Source: PVC group bacterium
GTDB lineage: Bacteria > Auribacterota > Erginobacteria > Erginobacterales > Erginobacteraceae
Direction of reading: 5' to 3'
Assembly: GCA_043804695.1 (NCBI GenBank)
Contig: JAZDIV010000119.1
Location: 1-15,650 of the forward strand
DNA length: 15,650 nucleotides
Part shown: positions 1 through 8,137 of the stretch, piece after piece
Layout of the letters: every line of letters begins with the position of its first letter
Position numbering within the stretch: position 1 is the first letter of the stretch
Made by a program: the position numbers and the translations under genes
Notes under the pieces: model-generated
What the model was told of the DNA's origin: nothing
The model's input: only the letters and a program-made list of their open reading frames with translations
The model's database searches: none

Positions 1-1460
1 TCGTCGCTGATAAAAACACCGTCCTGCGCATGATTTTCGTCAGCGAACTCCCGCCATTGGAAAGACAGATCAACATCCGTCTGGGTTGAGAGATCGATGG
101 TCAGAATCAATCCCGCCGTGGAATAGGTTCCGTTATCAGCGTCGAGCAGGGCGGAATACGTCCCGGCAAACTGATACTCCATACTCACCAGTACCCTCCC
201 CTCGTTATCGGTCACGATCGACCAGGACTCCCCGAACACACCCGACTCGAACCCGTCATAAAAAGGAAAGGCGGCCGCCGGCGGCGTCGGGCTGGCCGGC
301 GGCGTGGGGGTGGAAGTGGGGGTCGGAGTGATGCTGGGGGTCGGAGTCGGGGTACGGTACCCTTCCGGCGTCGGTGTCGCGGACGGGGTCGGCGGCAGGG
401 TCGGGGTCGGAGACGGGGTCGTCGTAGGTGTGGGGGTGGGAGGCGGGGTATGATACCCCTCCGGCGTCGGTGAGGGCGTCGTGCATACGATCCACTCGTC
501 GACGGGGTACGGCATTCCCGCGACGTAATAGTTCTCCGCACAGCCGTCATAAGTTACGACCATGTCGCCAAGCGTGGGGCAATCCCATTCCGGGGCCCGA
601 CCATCGTCCGGGTCATCGTACGTCGTGCGATAAACACTCGTGCAGCCGGTCCAGGTAACCCCGGTAGCTCCGCTGCCGTCTGAATAGTTGGCCCTTCCCT
701 TGAGACGGTCGACGGCGGTCCAGCGGGGATGGCCATAGTTCGTCCCCCCGTTGATGAGGGCGACTTCGTGTTTGAGGCGGTTGACGTAATCGGAACACGA
801 GGCCCCGTCGCTGCCGTGGTGGTTGACATGGATGACATCAACCCCATAGGCGGGGTCCAGGTAGGGATCGGCGGGAGGATACCCGATCAGGGCGGTCGAA
901 AGTTGGTTCTCGTTGGTTTCCAGGTCGCCGGCCGTGATGTAATCGAAGCCGCCGTATTCGATCAGGAGACAGATGCTCAAATTGTTACTGATGCTGGTGC
1001 TGCCCGTCGAGCCGTCGATGAATTGTCCGTAACGTCCGACACAGGTCGCCCGGGCGCCGTCCCCAAGGTCGATCACGGTCCCGAGGGGTATCTGGACCCC
1101 TTCGCTGAAGCCAGCGTTGTCGCCGCAGTGATAGATGGTGCCGATGGAGTATCCGCTGTAGTCGATGATATAGTTCAGACCCCCGTAATGGTCGTTGTCG
1201 TCATGGGAGGCGATGATATAGTCGAGCGCGGGGGTGGCCGGAGCAAAGAGGTCATCGAGATACGGGATGACCTCGTCCCTTCCCTTGCCGCTGGTTCCCC
1301 CGTCGATCAGGATGGTCGTCCCGTTGGGGCCGATGACGAGCTCGCTGGAGCCCTGTCCGACATCGATGCAGTGTATCTCCAGCTGCTGCGGGGAGGCGAC
1401 CGGCGGATGAACGACGGCAGCAATCCCCAGGAAAAGGAGTATGCGACAAATCCTGTTCAT
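1..1460 (-). CDS. Secreted ComEC/Rec2-like MBL-fold hydrolase with PT linker and a further domain (copy A; runs off the left edge)
   Basis: Absent from the ORF track because it has no stop in the window. Hand translation from ATG at 1460 is open to position 1: [37 protein letters not shown]...LIDGG...[10 protein letters not shown]...AGDLE...VNHHGSDG...NYGHP, then a PT linker (~270-480), then [27 protein letters not shown]. Close paralog of the N-terminal part of 5389..7980. Confidence 0.9.
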   Translation of the reverse strand, partial: MNRICRILLFLGIAAVVHPPVASPQQLEIHCIDVGQGSSELVIGPNGTTILIDGGTSGKGRDEVIPYLDDLFAPATPALDYIIASHDDNDHYGGLNYIIDYSGYSIGTIYHCGDNAGFSEGVQIPLGTVIDLGDGARATCVGRYGQFIDGSTGSTSISNNLSICLLIEYGGFDYITAGDLETNENQLSTALIGYPPADPYLDPAYGVDVIHVNHHGSDGASCSDYVNRLKHEVALINGGTNYGHPRWTAVDRLKGRANYSDGSGATGVTWTGCTSVYRTTYDDPDDGRAPEWDCPTLGDMVVTYDGCAENYYVAGMPYPVDEWIVCTTPSPTPEGYHTPPPTPTPTTTPSPTPTLPPTPSATPTPEGYRTPTPTPSITPTPTSTPTPPASPTPPAAAFPFYDGFESGVFGESWSIVTDNEGRVLVSMEYQFAGTYSALLDADNGTYSTAGLILTIDLSTQTDVDLSFQWREFADENHAQDGVFISD

Positions 1461-1529
1461 TACGCATTCTTATAATGTTTTTGTATTCCGACGCTGATCA
1501 GCGACTCAGGAGCCGGATCCGAGTATAAT

Positions 1530-1540
1530 AATATACCACA
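1530..1540 (-). promoter_or_regulatory. Putative sigma70 extended -10 promoter for MBL copy A
   Basis: Minus strand TGTGGTATATT (TRTGn plus TATATT), ~70 nt upstream of the ATG at 1460. No well-spaced -35. Confidence 0.4.
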
Positions 1541-1581
1541 TTTACTCACCGGAGGGAATCAATCTCGATTTTGAAGTACTT

Positions 1582-1621
1582 TCCGCCTTCGCCCTTCGAC
1601 TTCGCTCAGGGCTATGGCGGA
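1582..1621. repeat. Nested REP-like palindrome
   Basis: Outer tccgcc...ggcgga encloses inner gccct-tcgacttcgctc-agggc. Confidence 0.55.
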
Positions 1622-1628
1622 TAAATAC

Positions 1629-1769
1629 GTGCCTGAAGTGGGAATGTCATGGAGTGATGGGGTACTGGAGTAATGGAGTGGTGGGGAAAAACTCAACTTC
1701 GAACAGAGGAAGTGCCTAAAGCATGAATGACATGGAGTGATGGAGTACTGGAGTGATGGAGTGATGGGG
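1629..1769. repeat. Two 58-bp direct repeats built from GGAGTGAT-like octamers
   Basis: 1629-1686 gtgcctgaagtgggaatgtcatggagtgatggggtactggagtaatggagtggtgggg and 1712-1769 gtgcctaaagcatgaatgacatggagtgatggagtactggagtgatggagtgatgggg. Confidence 0.85.
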
Positions 1770-1784
1770 TATCGGCTTCGCCTT

Positions 1785-1870
1785 CTTGTAGGATCGGCTG
1801 TGCCTTGTAGGAAATGTAGTATCGCTCCGGGCTGACGCCCGTCGCTTGTAGGATCTCCGCCCGAGGCGGA
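1785..1870. repeat. CTTGTAGGA x3 with small GC hairpins (REP-like cluster)
   Basis: cttgtagga at 1785, 1804 and 1845. Hairpins cgggc-tgac-gcccg and tccgcc-cga-ggcgga. Confidence 0.55.
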
Positions 1871-1909
1871 TTGCATAACACAGAGGGCAGAGCGCCCGGG
1901 GGGGAAACG

Positions 1910-1944
1910 AACGTCGAACGTTCAACGCTCAACGTCCAACGATA
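1910..1944. repeat. Heptamer tandem array (AACGTCG-like x5)
   Basis: aacgtcg aacgttc aacgctc aacgtcc aacgata, directly after the hydrolase stop. Same family as 9464 and 10507, but in the opposite orientation. Confidence 0.8.
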
Positions 1945-1947
1945 CTC

Positions 1948-2868
1948 TCAGAGGTGTTCCCGGAACCAGGACAGGGATAAGGCTACTTGCTCCCGAAGAC
2001 CATCTCCGTGATCGAGATCGATGTGGTCTCGGCCGGGGAGGATGACGATTTTTTTCGGCACTCCCGCCCGGCGGCACATATCGACCGCCAGCTCCACCGG
2101 GCAGACGTCGTCCTCTTCCCCGTGAATAAAGAGGATGGGACGGGGAGAGACCAGACCCACCACCGTGTCCGGGGAGAACTCCACCATGGAGGCAGCCGAG
2201 GAGAGGGGGAACTCCGGCACCCCCGGAGAAGCGGCCGGGGGCAGCGAGGAAGACTCCCTGTCGCTGGAGAGGCTTTTGTACTTCCGCCAGAACTCATCGC
2301 TGAAGGGGATAATATCGGTCAGGGGAACGAGCCGTGATTTCCCGGTGCGGACGACCTCGATCCGGTCTTCCTCAAGGCGTTGTGTAAATTCCAGCCACTG
2401 TCCGGCCGTCCGGAGCAACCGCATCCACCGCTCGCCGTTCCCGCTCCCCGACACCGCCGCCGCGGCGACGACACGGCGATCGAACGCGGCCGCCCAGGGA
2501 ACAACCGTGGCCCCGTAGCTCAATCCGTAGAGGCCCACTCGCCTCGCGTCGATCTCCGGGCGGGAGACCAGAAAGGAGACGGCATGGCCGATGTCGGCCG
2601 CCCGCTCGAGGGGGAAGAGACGGGGCCGTTCCCCCTCGCTCTCCCCGAAACCGCGGTAGTCGAAGGCCAGGCAGGCGAAGCCTTCTTCACGGAAAAGAGC
2701 GGCGATCTCCGGCAGCACCTTCTCCTTCACGCCCGACAGGCCCTGGCAGAGGACGATCCCGGGGCACGTATTCCCCTCCCCCTCCCCGGCCGGCAGGTAG
2801 AGTTCGCCGGCCAGGCGGAGTCCCTCCGAGGTATAATAAAGTACCTTTTCTTTCCGATTCTTGTTCAT
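1948..2868 (-). CDS. Alpha/beta-fold hydrolase (copy A, intact)
   Basis: 306 aa. FDYRGFGESEG, nucleophile elbow GLSYG, ILFIHGEEDD (Asp) and GRDH (His). Confidence 0.92.
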   Translation of the reverse strand: MNKNRKEKVLYYTSEGLRLAGELYLPAGEGEGNTCPGIVLCQGLSGVKEKVLPEIAALFREEGFACLAFDYRGFGESEGERPRLFPLERAADIGHAVSFLVSRPEIDARRVGLYGLSYGATVVPWAAAFDRRVVAAAAVSGSGNGERWMRLLRTAGQWLEFTQRLEEDRIEVVRTGKSRLVPLTDIIPFSDEFWRKYKSLSSDRESSSLPPAASPGVPEFPLSSAASMVEFSPDTVVGLVSPRPILFIHGEEDDVCPVELAVDMCRRAGVPKKIVILPGRDHIDLDHGDGLREQVALSLSWFREHL

Positions 2869-2892
2869 GTATCAGGGGCCGGGCAACGTTCT

Positions 2893-2966
2893 GAAGTGCC
2901 TAAAGTTTGAAGTTCAGTTTTCCCTGCGAAGTGCCTACTTTAGGCACTTCGAACTTTAGGCACTTC
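2893..2966. repeat. GAAGTGCCTAAAG-family palindromic element; possible terminator or processing hairpin
   Basis: Perfect 15-bp IR gaagtgcctaaagtt (2893-2907) / aactttaggcacttc (2952-2966), enclosing the hairpin cgaagtgccta-ctt-taggcacttcg (2927-2951). Confidence 0.75.
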
Positions 2967-2979
2967 TTCTGTTCGACGT

Positions 2980-3573
2980 TCAGCTTTTATCTCCCCGGCC
3001 GAAGTCCCGGGGCTTGCAGATGACCTCTTTCACCCGGAGGGAGAACATCCGCGCCTGGTGGGCGGGCGCGATGACGAGGGCGGTGTCCGCCCCTTTCGCC
3101 GATCCTCCGAGGGCGATCACGTCCTTCCCCGAGAGAGCGCCCGCGTCGGCGGCCATCAGGACGCTCTCCACGCAGACCTTCGTTCCCTGCCCGAACATCC
3201 GGAGGGTCTCCGCCGCCACGGCCAGAGGGGCGCCGCCGCCGACCTTTGCCATAGCCCGCTCCGCTCCGCTGAGAGCGTGGCCGCAGGTAACGATCACCGC
3301 CTTTTTCTCCGCCAGCTTCTTCCGGGCGGCCGGCGGCAGCGGATCGTCAAAGGGCTTTTCCGCCCCGGAATGGTAGGTGACCGCGATCACCTTCCCTCCC
3401 GGGAACCGGGAAGCGACCTCGAGGGCGGTTTGCCCGGTCTCGGTGGCGACCACGATCTCCCCGATCTTCAGTTCCCCCGCCCTCCGGCAGGCCGCCGCCA
3501 CCGTTGCCCGGGTGCAGAAAGGGCCGGGCGCGGGGAAGTAAAGAACCTCGACCTTCTCCGTCTTTTTCGCCAT
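2980..3573 (-). CDS. Pyruvate-kinase C-terminal (alpha/beta) domain-like protein, MTH1675/COG1751-like (copy A)
   Basis: 197 aa. IVVATETGQTA, GHALSGAER, LRMFGQGTKVCVE, MAADAG, GADTA, EVICKP. RBS AAAGGAGG upstream. Confidence 0.88.
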   Translation of the reverse strand: MAKKTEKVEVLYFPAPGPFCTRATVAAACRRAGELKIGEIVVATETGQTALEVASRFPGGKVIAVTYHSGAEKPFDDPLPPAARKKLAEKKAVIVTCGHALSGAERAMAKVGGGAPLAVAAETLRMFGQGTKVCVESVLMAADAGALSGKDVIALGGSAKGADTALVIAPAHQARMFSLRVKEVICKPRDFGRGDKS

Positions 3574-3718
3574 TGATTTCCTCCTTTGAACAGCCGAAAA
3601 AAATCAAACAGATGATTGGATATGATTGTTATCCCTGCCTCGTTGGACGTTGAACATTGTTTGTTACCTGAATATGAAGAACGGATCAAAGCCCTGCCGT
3701 CATAATTCATTAGTATTA

Positions 3719-4996
3719 TCAGCGAGTGACCGGAATATCACCTGAACTCCCAAAATAAACTCGTGTCAACCCCTTGATCGCCCAGAGGCCGAAAGGACCC
3801 CGGAAGATGCCGATCTCGTCCCGGGCATCCCCATCGTAATCAGCGGGAGCGGGCCGGTCCAATGTCCGGCCGAAATAACATCTCGTTACTCCCCGGATCG
3901 CCCACAGGCCTGAAGACGGCCGAAATATTCCCACAATGAAGTTGCTGCTCCCATTGTAATCGCCCGGGATCGCCCGGTCTCCGTCCCTTCCGAAATATAT
4001 CCGGGTATACCCTCTTACCGCCCAGAGGCCGCCGGCGGCCCGGAAGACAGCAATCGCTTCGGTCCCCTCCCCTCTGTAGTCGCCCGGGACCGGCAGGTCG
4101 CCGGCAGATCCGAAATAACATCTGGTTATCCCCCCGATCGCCCAGAGGCCGGTGGTCTCCCGGAAGACGGCAAACTCGCAGCTTTCGTCGCCGTCGTAGT
4201 CACCGGGTGCGGGAATATCGTCAATCCGGCCCAGATAGGCACGGGTTAAGCCCCGGATCGCCCAGAGGCCGGTGGTTTCCCGAAAGACAGCAGCGTCCGA
4301 TCGGGTATCCCCGTCATAATCTCCCGGAACCGGTATATCACCACTCTTACCGAAGTAGAACCTGCTCAATCCCCTGATCGCCCATAATCCCGTGGCCGGC
4401 CGGAAGACGGCGATATCCGAGGTGCCGTCACCGTTATAATCACCCGAATTAACCGTCAGGTTCGGGTCAATCTTATAGTAGGTAACCAGAACGCTGCTAT
4501 CAATCAACTGCCCATAACACACTTCGCAATGGAACCACACCCAATCCGAAGTCGCTCCGTAGGGTAAAGACGATACATCTCCTGCGGAAAGTATGACCGG
4601 ATACTGTGTCTAGCCCGGTCCGGAGCCCGAAGCAGGATCGACGTGCACCCATTCCGGTTTCGTGGTGACGGTCCAGCTGCAAATATCGACACACCAATTA
4701 CAGCTATAGGTGACACTCGCCCAGGAGATGTCATCGGCAAGAGTAACCTGTGCGGGCCGGACTCCGGGGCCGCCGGGCATACAACTGGGAGTGGGAGACG
4801 GGGGCGGAATAAGTGTCGGAGTGGCACTCGGATACAACCAGGGGGAGGGAGTTGGTGTTACGGATGGTGTGGCGACCTGTTTTGGGGACGGGGTCGTTTC
4901 AATAACAGGAGTGGACGTGGGGGTCGGTGAATGAGAAGCCGCGGGTGTGGACGTAAAAACCGGTGACGGGGTTGGTTCGGTGGAACCGGGGCGAAG
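3719..4996 (-). pseudogene. Headless surface-protein module: PT linker, BACON-like domain, six 40-aa FG-GAP-like repeats ending PVTR; in-frame TAG
   Basis: ORFs 4610..4837 and 3719..4540 share one frame, separated by TAG (4610-4612) and 23 sense codons (...DPASGSGPG*TQYPVILSAGDV...). The frame stays PT-rich up to TAA at 4997-4999, with no signal peptide or RBS-backed start. 120-bp periodicity (cccagaggcc-like at 3781, 3901, 4021, 4141, 4261, 4381). Confidence 0.8.
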
Positions 4997-5388
4997 TTAC
5001 TGCTTCGTTTCGTTGAGTAAATAACCCACCACGCCATCCCGGTCTTTCACTTCCGGCACTCCCTTGCGGGCGGCCATAACACATCCAACGGAATGTACAC
5101 CTTCGTGAGTAAACAAGTCAATTCTGTCCCTGATTTTTATTACAAATAAACCAGGGTGCTGAGTAAGTAATAAATACGGGCGCGTCGTCAGCTGGCTGAT
5201 TTTTCCGGCGACCCTACCGGGATGAGTGCATGGAGGGCCCGGGCGGCCGGAAAGAAAACGTCCCGATTCAGGGATTATCCCGGAGCCGGGATTTTTCGGG
5301 GAGATCCTTGAAAGCCTTGGATACCGGGATATATTTTACGCGGGAATCGGGGGGAGGTGAGAAATGAAGTTTTCGTGAATAATCCGGG

Positions 5389-7980
5389 TTAATAACTCTG
5401 CCCCACCACCGGCGTATCCCCGCTCTCCCCGTAGCGCTGCTTGAAGTTGGGGCCGGACGGATTGAAGATGTACCATCTCCTCTCTCCGGGCCGGAAGGTG
5501 CCGAAGTTGTATGCCCCGTTCCCGTCGAAGTCCCCCGTCACCGGAATGTCGGACGCGTAGCCGTACCTGACTTTCCCGATGTTCCGGAGGAACCAGACCA
5601 TGTGGTAATCCCCGTAGAACCGCCAGAGAATGGGGTCGCTTACCCCGTCACCGTTATAGTCCAGGACCCTGATGACCCGGTCATCCGGGTATCCCCAGAG
5701 AAAATTGTAATTGTTCCCGTCGGCTTCCCGGATCAGCCAGCGGACGTTGGCGCCGCTCGTCCGCAACAGCGCCCGGTCGCAGGTCCCGTCCCCGTCGAAG
5801 TCCCCCGGGATCGGGATGTCCCCGATGTTCCCGAAACACTGCCAGGCCGCGGCGGCGCCATAGATATGCCAGTAGCCCAGGCTCCCGGAGGGGCTCCAGG
5901 TCGCGTAGTCAGTCGTCCCGTCCCCGTCGTAGTCCTCCGGGACCGGGATATCATCATAGAGCCCCCACTCCAGGCCGCTGGTTATTATCTCCCCGGTCAG
6001 CGTGTCCTTCACGTGCCAGCGGGCGCTGAATCGGTTGTAGTAGGCGATGTCGGCGGTCCCGTCCCCGTCGTAGTCCCCCGGGGCAGGGATATCACCAACC
6101 TGGTCTCCCCAGACTACCCCTTCCGTAATGACCGTGCCTGATTGAGCGCCCATGATATTCCAGGTCCCATCCCGGAAGAGGGCGTAATCAGTGTAACCGT
6201 CCCCGTCGTAGTCGTCCCACCCCACCACCAGATAGACCGAGGTCGGCCGCGGGACCGGGCTCGGCGACGGCGTCACGGACGGCGTGGGCGTAATCGGTAT
6301 CGGCGTGATGGACGGCGTCGGCGTCATAGTTGGGGTTGGTGTTGCCGATGGCGTGGGCGTGGTGGTCGGGGTTGGAGTTGGCGTCGTGTCGCCTTCCGGG
6401 GTGGGGGTGACCAACGACACCACTATCACGGTATAGTCCTCGACTTCGCCGTAGGTGAAAGCCCCGCAGGGTTCGACATCTTGATAGTACCGTAACCTGA
6501 TCCGCAGACGAGTCTCACCCGGCAGCGCGCCCGCAGGGCTCGTGATCGTGCCGGTGAACACAGCCGGGCCGCCGCTGAGCGTCGTGCTCTCCCCGGCATC
6601 GTAAAAACTCCGGTTCTGGTTCCAGTCCACCCACACATCGCACGCATCGCCGGTGTAGAGGACCGGATTGGTGACGGTGATGCCATAGGCGGTCTCACGA
6701 CTGATGACGGCCGAGAATGCCGTGTAATCGGCATACCCTTCGCGTCCGCTGGAATTGTCGATCGTGTTGAATTGCACGCGGGCGATATACTCGTCGTACT
6801 CGCCACTCGCGCTGCAATAGTCCGACGAAGGGGTGGCGGTCGGGGTCGCCGTTATGTAGCCATCCGGCGTGGGTGTGGTTGTCGGAGTCGCGGTCAGGGT
6901 CGGTGTCGGAGACGGGGTCGGCGGGGGGGAGGGGGTCGGGCTGGGGGTATGATACCCCTCCGGCGTCGGGGTGGGCGTCGTGCATACGATCCACTCATCG
7001 ACGGGGTATGCTGTTCCCGCGACATAATAGTTCTCCGCGCAGCCGTCGTAGGTCACGACGATATCGCCCAGGGTCGGGCAGTCCGCTTCCGAAGCCCGCG
7101 TACAATCGCCGGAGGCCGCGGTGGTCCGGAAGACGGCGGCGCCGGAAACGGTAACATAGGTCGGGGCGCCGCACATATCCGGATTGCAGGAGCAGGGAAT
7201 CGTATAATGAGTTCGCCCCTTGAGCCGGTCGACGGCGGTCCAGCGGGGATGGCCGTAGTTCGTTCCCCCGTTGATGAGGGCGACCTCGGGGATGAGGCGG
7301 TTGATGTAATAGTACTTCGAGGCTCCGTCGCTGCCGTGGTGGTTGACATGGATGACATCAGCCCCGCAGGCAGGGTCCAGGTAGGGACCGGCGGGAGGAT
7401 ACCCGATCAGGGCGGTCGAAAGTTCGTCCTCGTTGGTTTCCAGGTCGCCGGCCGTGACGTAATCGAAGCCGCCGTATTCGATCAGGAGACAGACGCTCAG
7501 ATTGTTGCTGCTGGTGCCGCCCGACGAGCCGTCGATAAATTCTCCGTACCGGCCGACACAGGTCGCCCGGGCGCCGTCGCCCAGGTCGATCACGGTCCCG
7601 AGGGGTATCTGGCCCCCCTCGCCGAAGCCGGCGTTGTCGCCGCAGTGATAGATGGTGCCGATGGAGTATCCGCTGTAGTCGATGACATAGTTCAACCCCC
7701 CGTAATGATCGTTGTCGTCATGGGAGGCAATGATATAGTCGAGCGGGGGAGTGGCCGGAGCAAAGAGGGCATTGAGATAGGGGATGACCTCGTCCCGTCC
7801 CTTGCTGCTGGTTCCCCCGTCGATCAGGATGGTCGTCCCGTTGGGGCCGATGACGAGCTCACTGGAGCCCTGTCCGACATCGATGCAGTGTATCTCCAGC
7901 TGTTGCGGAGAGGCGAACGGCGGATAAACGACGGCAGCAAGCCCCAGGAAAAGAAGGATGTGACATACCCTGTTCATCAT
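5389..7980 (-). CDS. Secreted ComEC/Rec2-like MBL-fold hydrolase, PT linker, GEVED domain, PT linker, six FG-GAP-like repeats (copy B)
   Basis: 863 aa. Signal-peptide-like N-terminus, DVGQG, SHDDNDH, AGD, HHGS, NYGHP. GEVED domain (WVDWNQN...RLRIR...YGEVEDYTV, ~6415-6822). Six D-[YF]-[DN]-G-[DN]-G repeats at ~5400-6220. Confidence 0.93.
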   Translation of the reverse strand: MMNRVCHILLFLGLAAVVYPPFASPQQLEIHCIDVGQGSSELVIGPNGTTILIDGGTSSKGRDEVIPYLNALFAPATPPLDYIIASHDDNDHYGGLNYVIDYSGYSIGTIYHCGDNAGFGEGGQIPLGTVIDLGDGARATCVGRYGEFIDGSSGGTSSNNLSVCLLIEYGGFDYVTAGDLETNEDELSTALIGYPPAGPYLDPACGADVIHVNHHGSDGASKYYYINRLIPEVALINGGTNYGHPRWTAVDRLKGRTHYTIPCSCNPDMCGAPTYVTVSGAAVFRTTAASGDCTRASEADCPTLGDIVVTYDGCAENYYVAGTAYPVDEWIVCTTPTPTPEGYHTPSPTPSPPPTPSPTPTLTATPTTTPTPDGYITATPTATPSSDYCSASGEYDEYIARVQFNTIDNSSGREGYADYTAFSAVISRETAYGITVTNPVLYTGDACDVWVDWNQNRSFYDAGESTTLSGGPAVFTGTITSPAGALPGETRLRIRLRYYQDVEPCGAFTYGEVEDYTVIVVSLVTPTPEGDTTPTPTPTTTPTPSATPTPTMTPTPSITPIPITPTPSVTPSPSPVPRPTSVYLVVGWDDYDGDGYTDYALFRDGTWNIMGAQSGTVITEGVVWGDQVGDIPAPGDYDGDGTADIAYYNRFSARWHVKDTLTGEIITSGLEWGLYDDIPVPEDYDGDGTTDYATWSPSGSLGYWHIYGAAAAWQCFGNIGDIPIPGDFDGDGTCDRALLRTSGANVRWLIREADGNNYNFLWGYPDDRVIRVLDYNGDGVSDPILWRFYGDYHMVWFLRNIGKVRYGYASDIPVTGDFDGNGAYNFGTFRPGERRWYIFNPSGPNFKQRYGESGDTPVVGQSY

Positions 7981-8039
7981 GTGTTCTTAAAATGATTTTG
8001 TATGCAGACGCTGATTACCGACCGAGAAAAGTATTAATA

Positions 8040-8055
8040 AGCAAAAACCATGCCA
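8040..8055 (-). promoter_or_regulatory. Putative sigma54 (-24/-12) promoter of MBL copy B
   Basis: Minus strand TGGCATGGTTTTTGCT: GG-N10-GC, matching TGGCAC-N5-TTGCW at all but one position, 60 nt upstream of the start and correctly oriented. Confidence 0.65.
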
Positions 8056-8137
8056 AGAATATACAATCCCATTTTATTCTCCTGTGTTTGGCACTACTCC
8101 TTGCTCCCTAAAGGAATATAGCTTGGACGTTTTTGCC

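Larger units (their letters stand above)
440..3591. repeat. Copy A of a diverged tandem segmental duplication (copy B ~6950..10113)
   Basis: MBL N-terminal region, hydrolase and PK_C-like gene occur in the same order and orientation in both copies. Homology ends at the shared 'gatttcctcctttgaac' (3591 and 10113). The PK_C-like proteins differ at 13 of the first 194 aa by hand count. Confidence 0.9.

Noticed and set aside
729..1475. 248-aa + strand ORF (also 6772..7995 +, 11377..13131 -, 9424..10116 + and similar)
   Set aside because: Antisense shadows of GC-rich genes whose opposite strand has clear motifs. Their mutual similarity just reflects the duplication.
1559..1932. Short ORFs with ITPSLQYS/HHSITP-like repeats
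   Set aside because: These are translations of the octamer and heptamer DNA arrays in several frames, with no RBS or coding-like codon bias.
2980..3573. Calling these genes pyk
   Set aside because: Only a stand-alone C-terminal-like domain of ~195 aa is present; the catalytic barrel is absent.
3719..4440. 120-bp periodic repeats (also 13546-14274) as a CRISPR array or DGR template/variable pair
   Set aside because: These are in-frame protein repeats without unique spacers. The differences are not adenine-specific, and no cas or reverse transcriptase gene is present.
4610..4612. In-frame TAG as pyrrolysine or stop-codon recoding
   Set aside because: No pyl genes are in the window and no other long gene has an internal TAG. 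The same frame also lacks a start and signal peptide and is closed by TAA at 4997. A nonsense mutation or sequencing error is simpler.
5389..7980. Calling the MBL genes comEC
   Set aside because: There is no multi-pass competence channel domain; only the soluble MBL-like domain is shared.
8089..8105. Second sigma54-like site TGGCACTACTCCTTGCT on the + strand
   Set aside because: Spacing is GG-N11-GC rather than the required N10, and no credible + strand gene follows.
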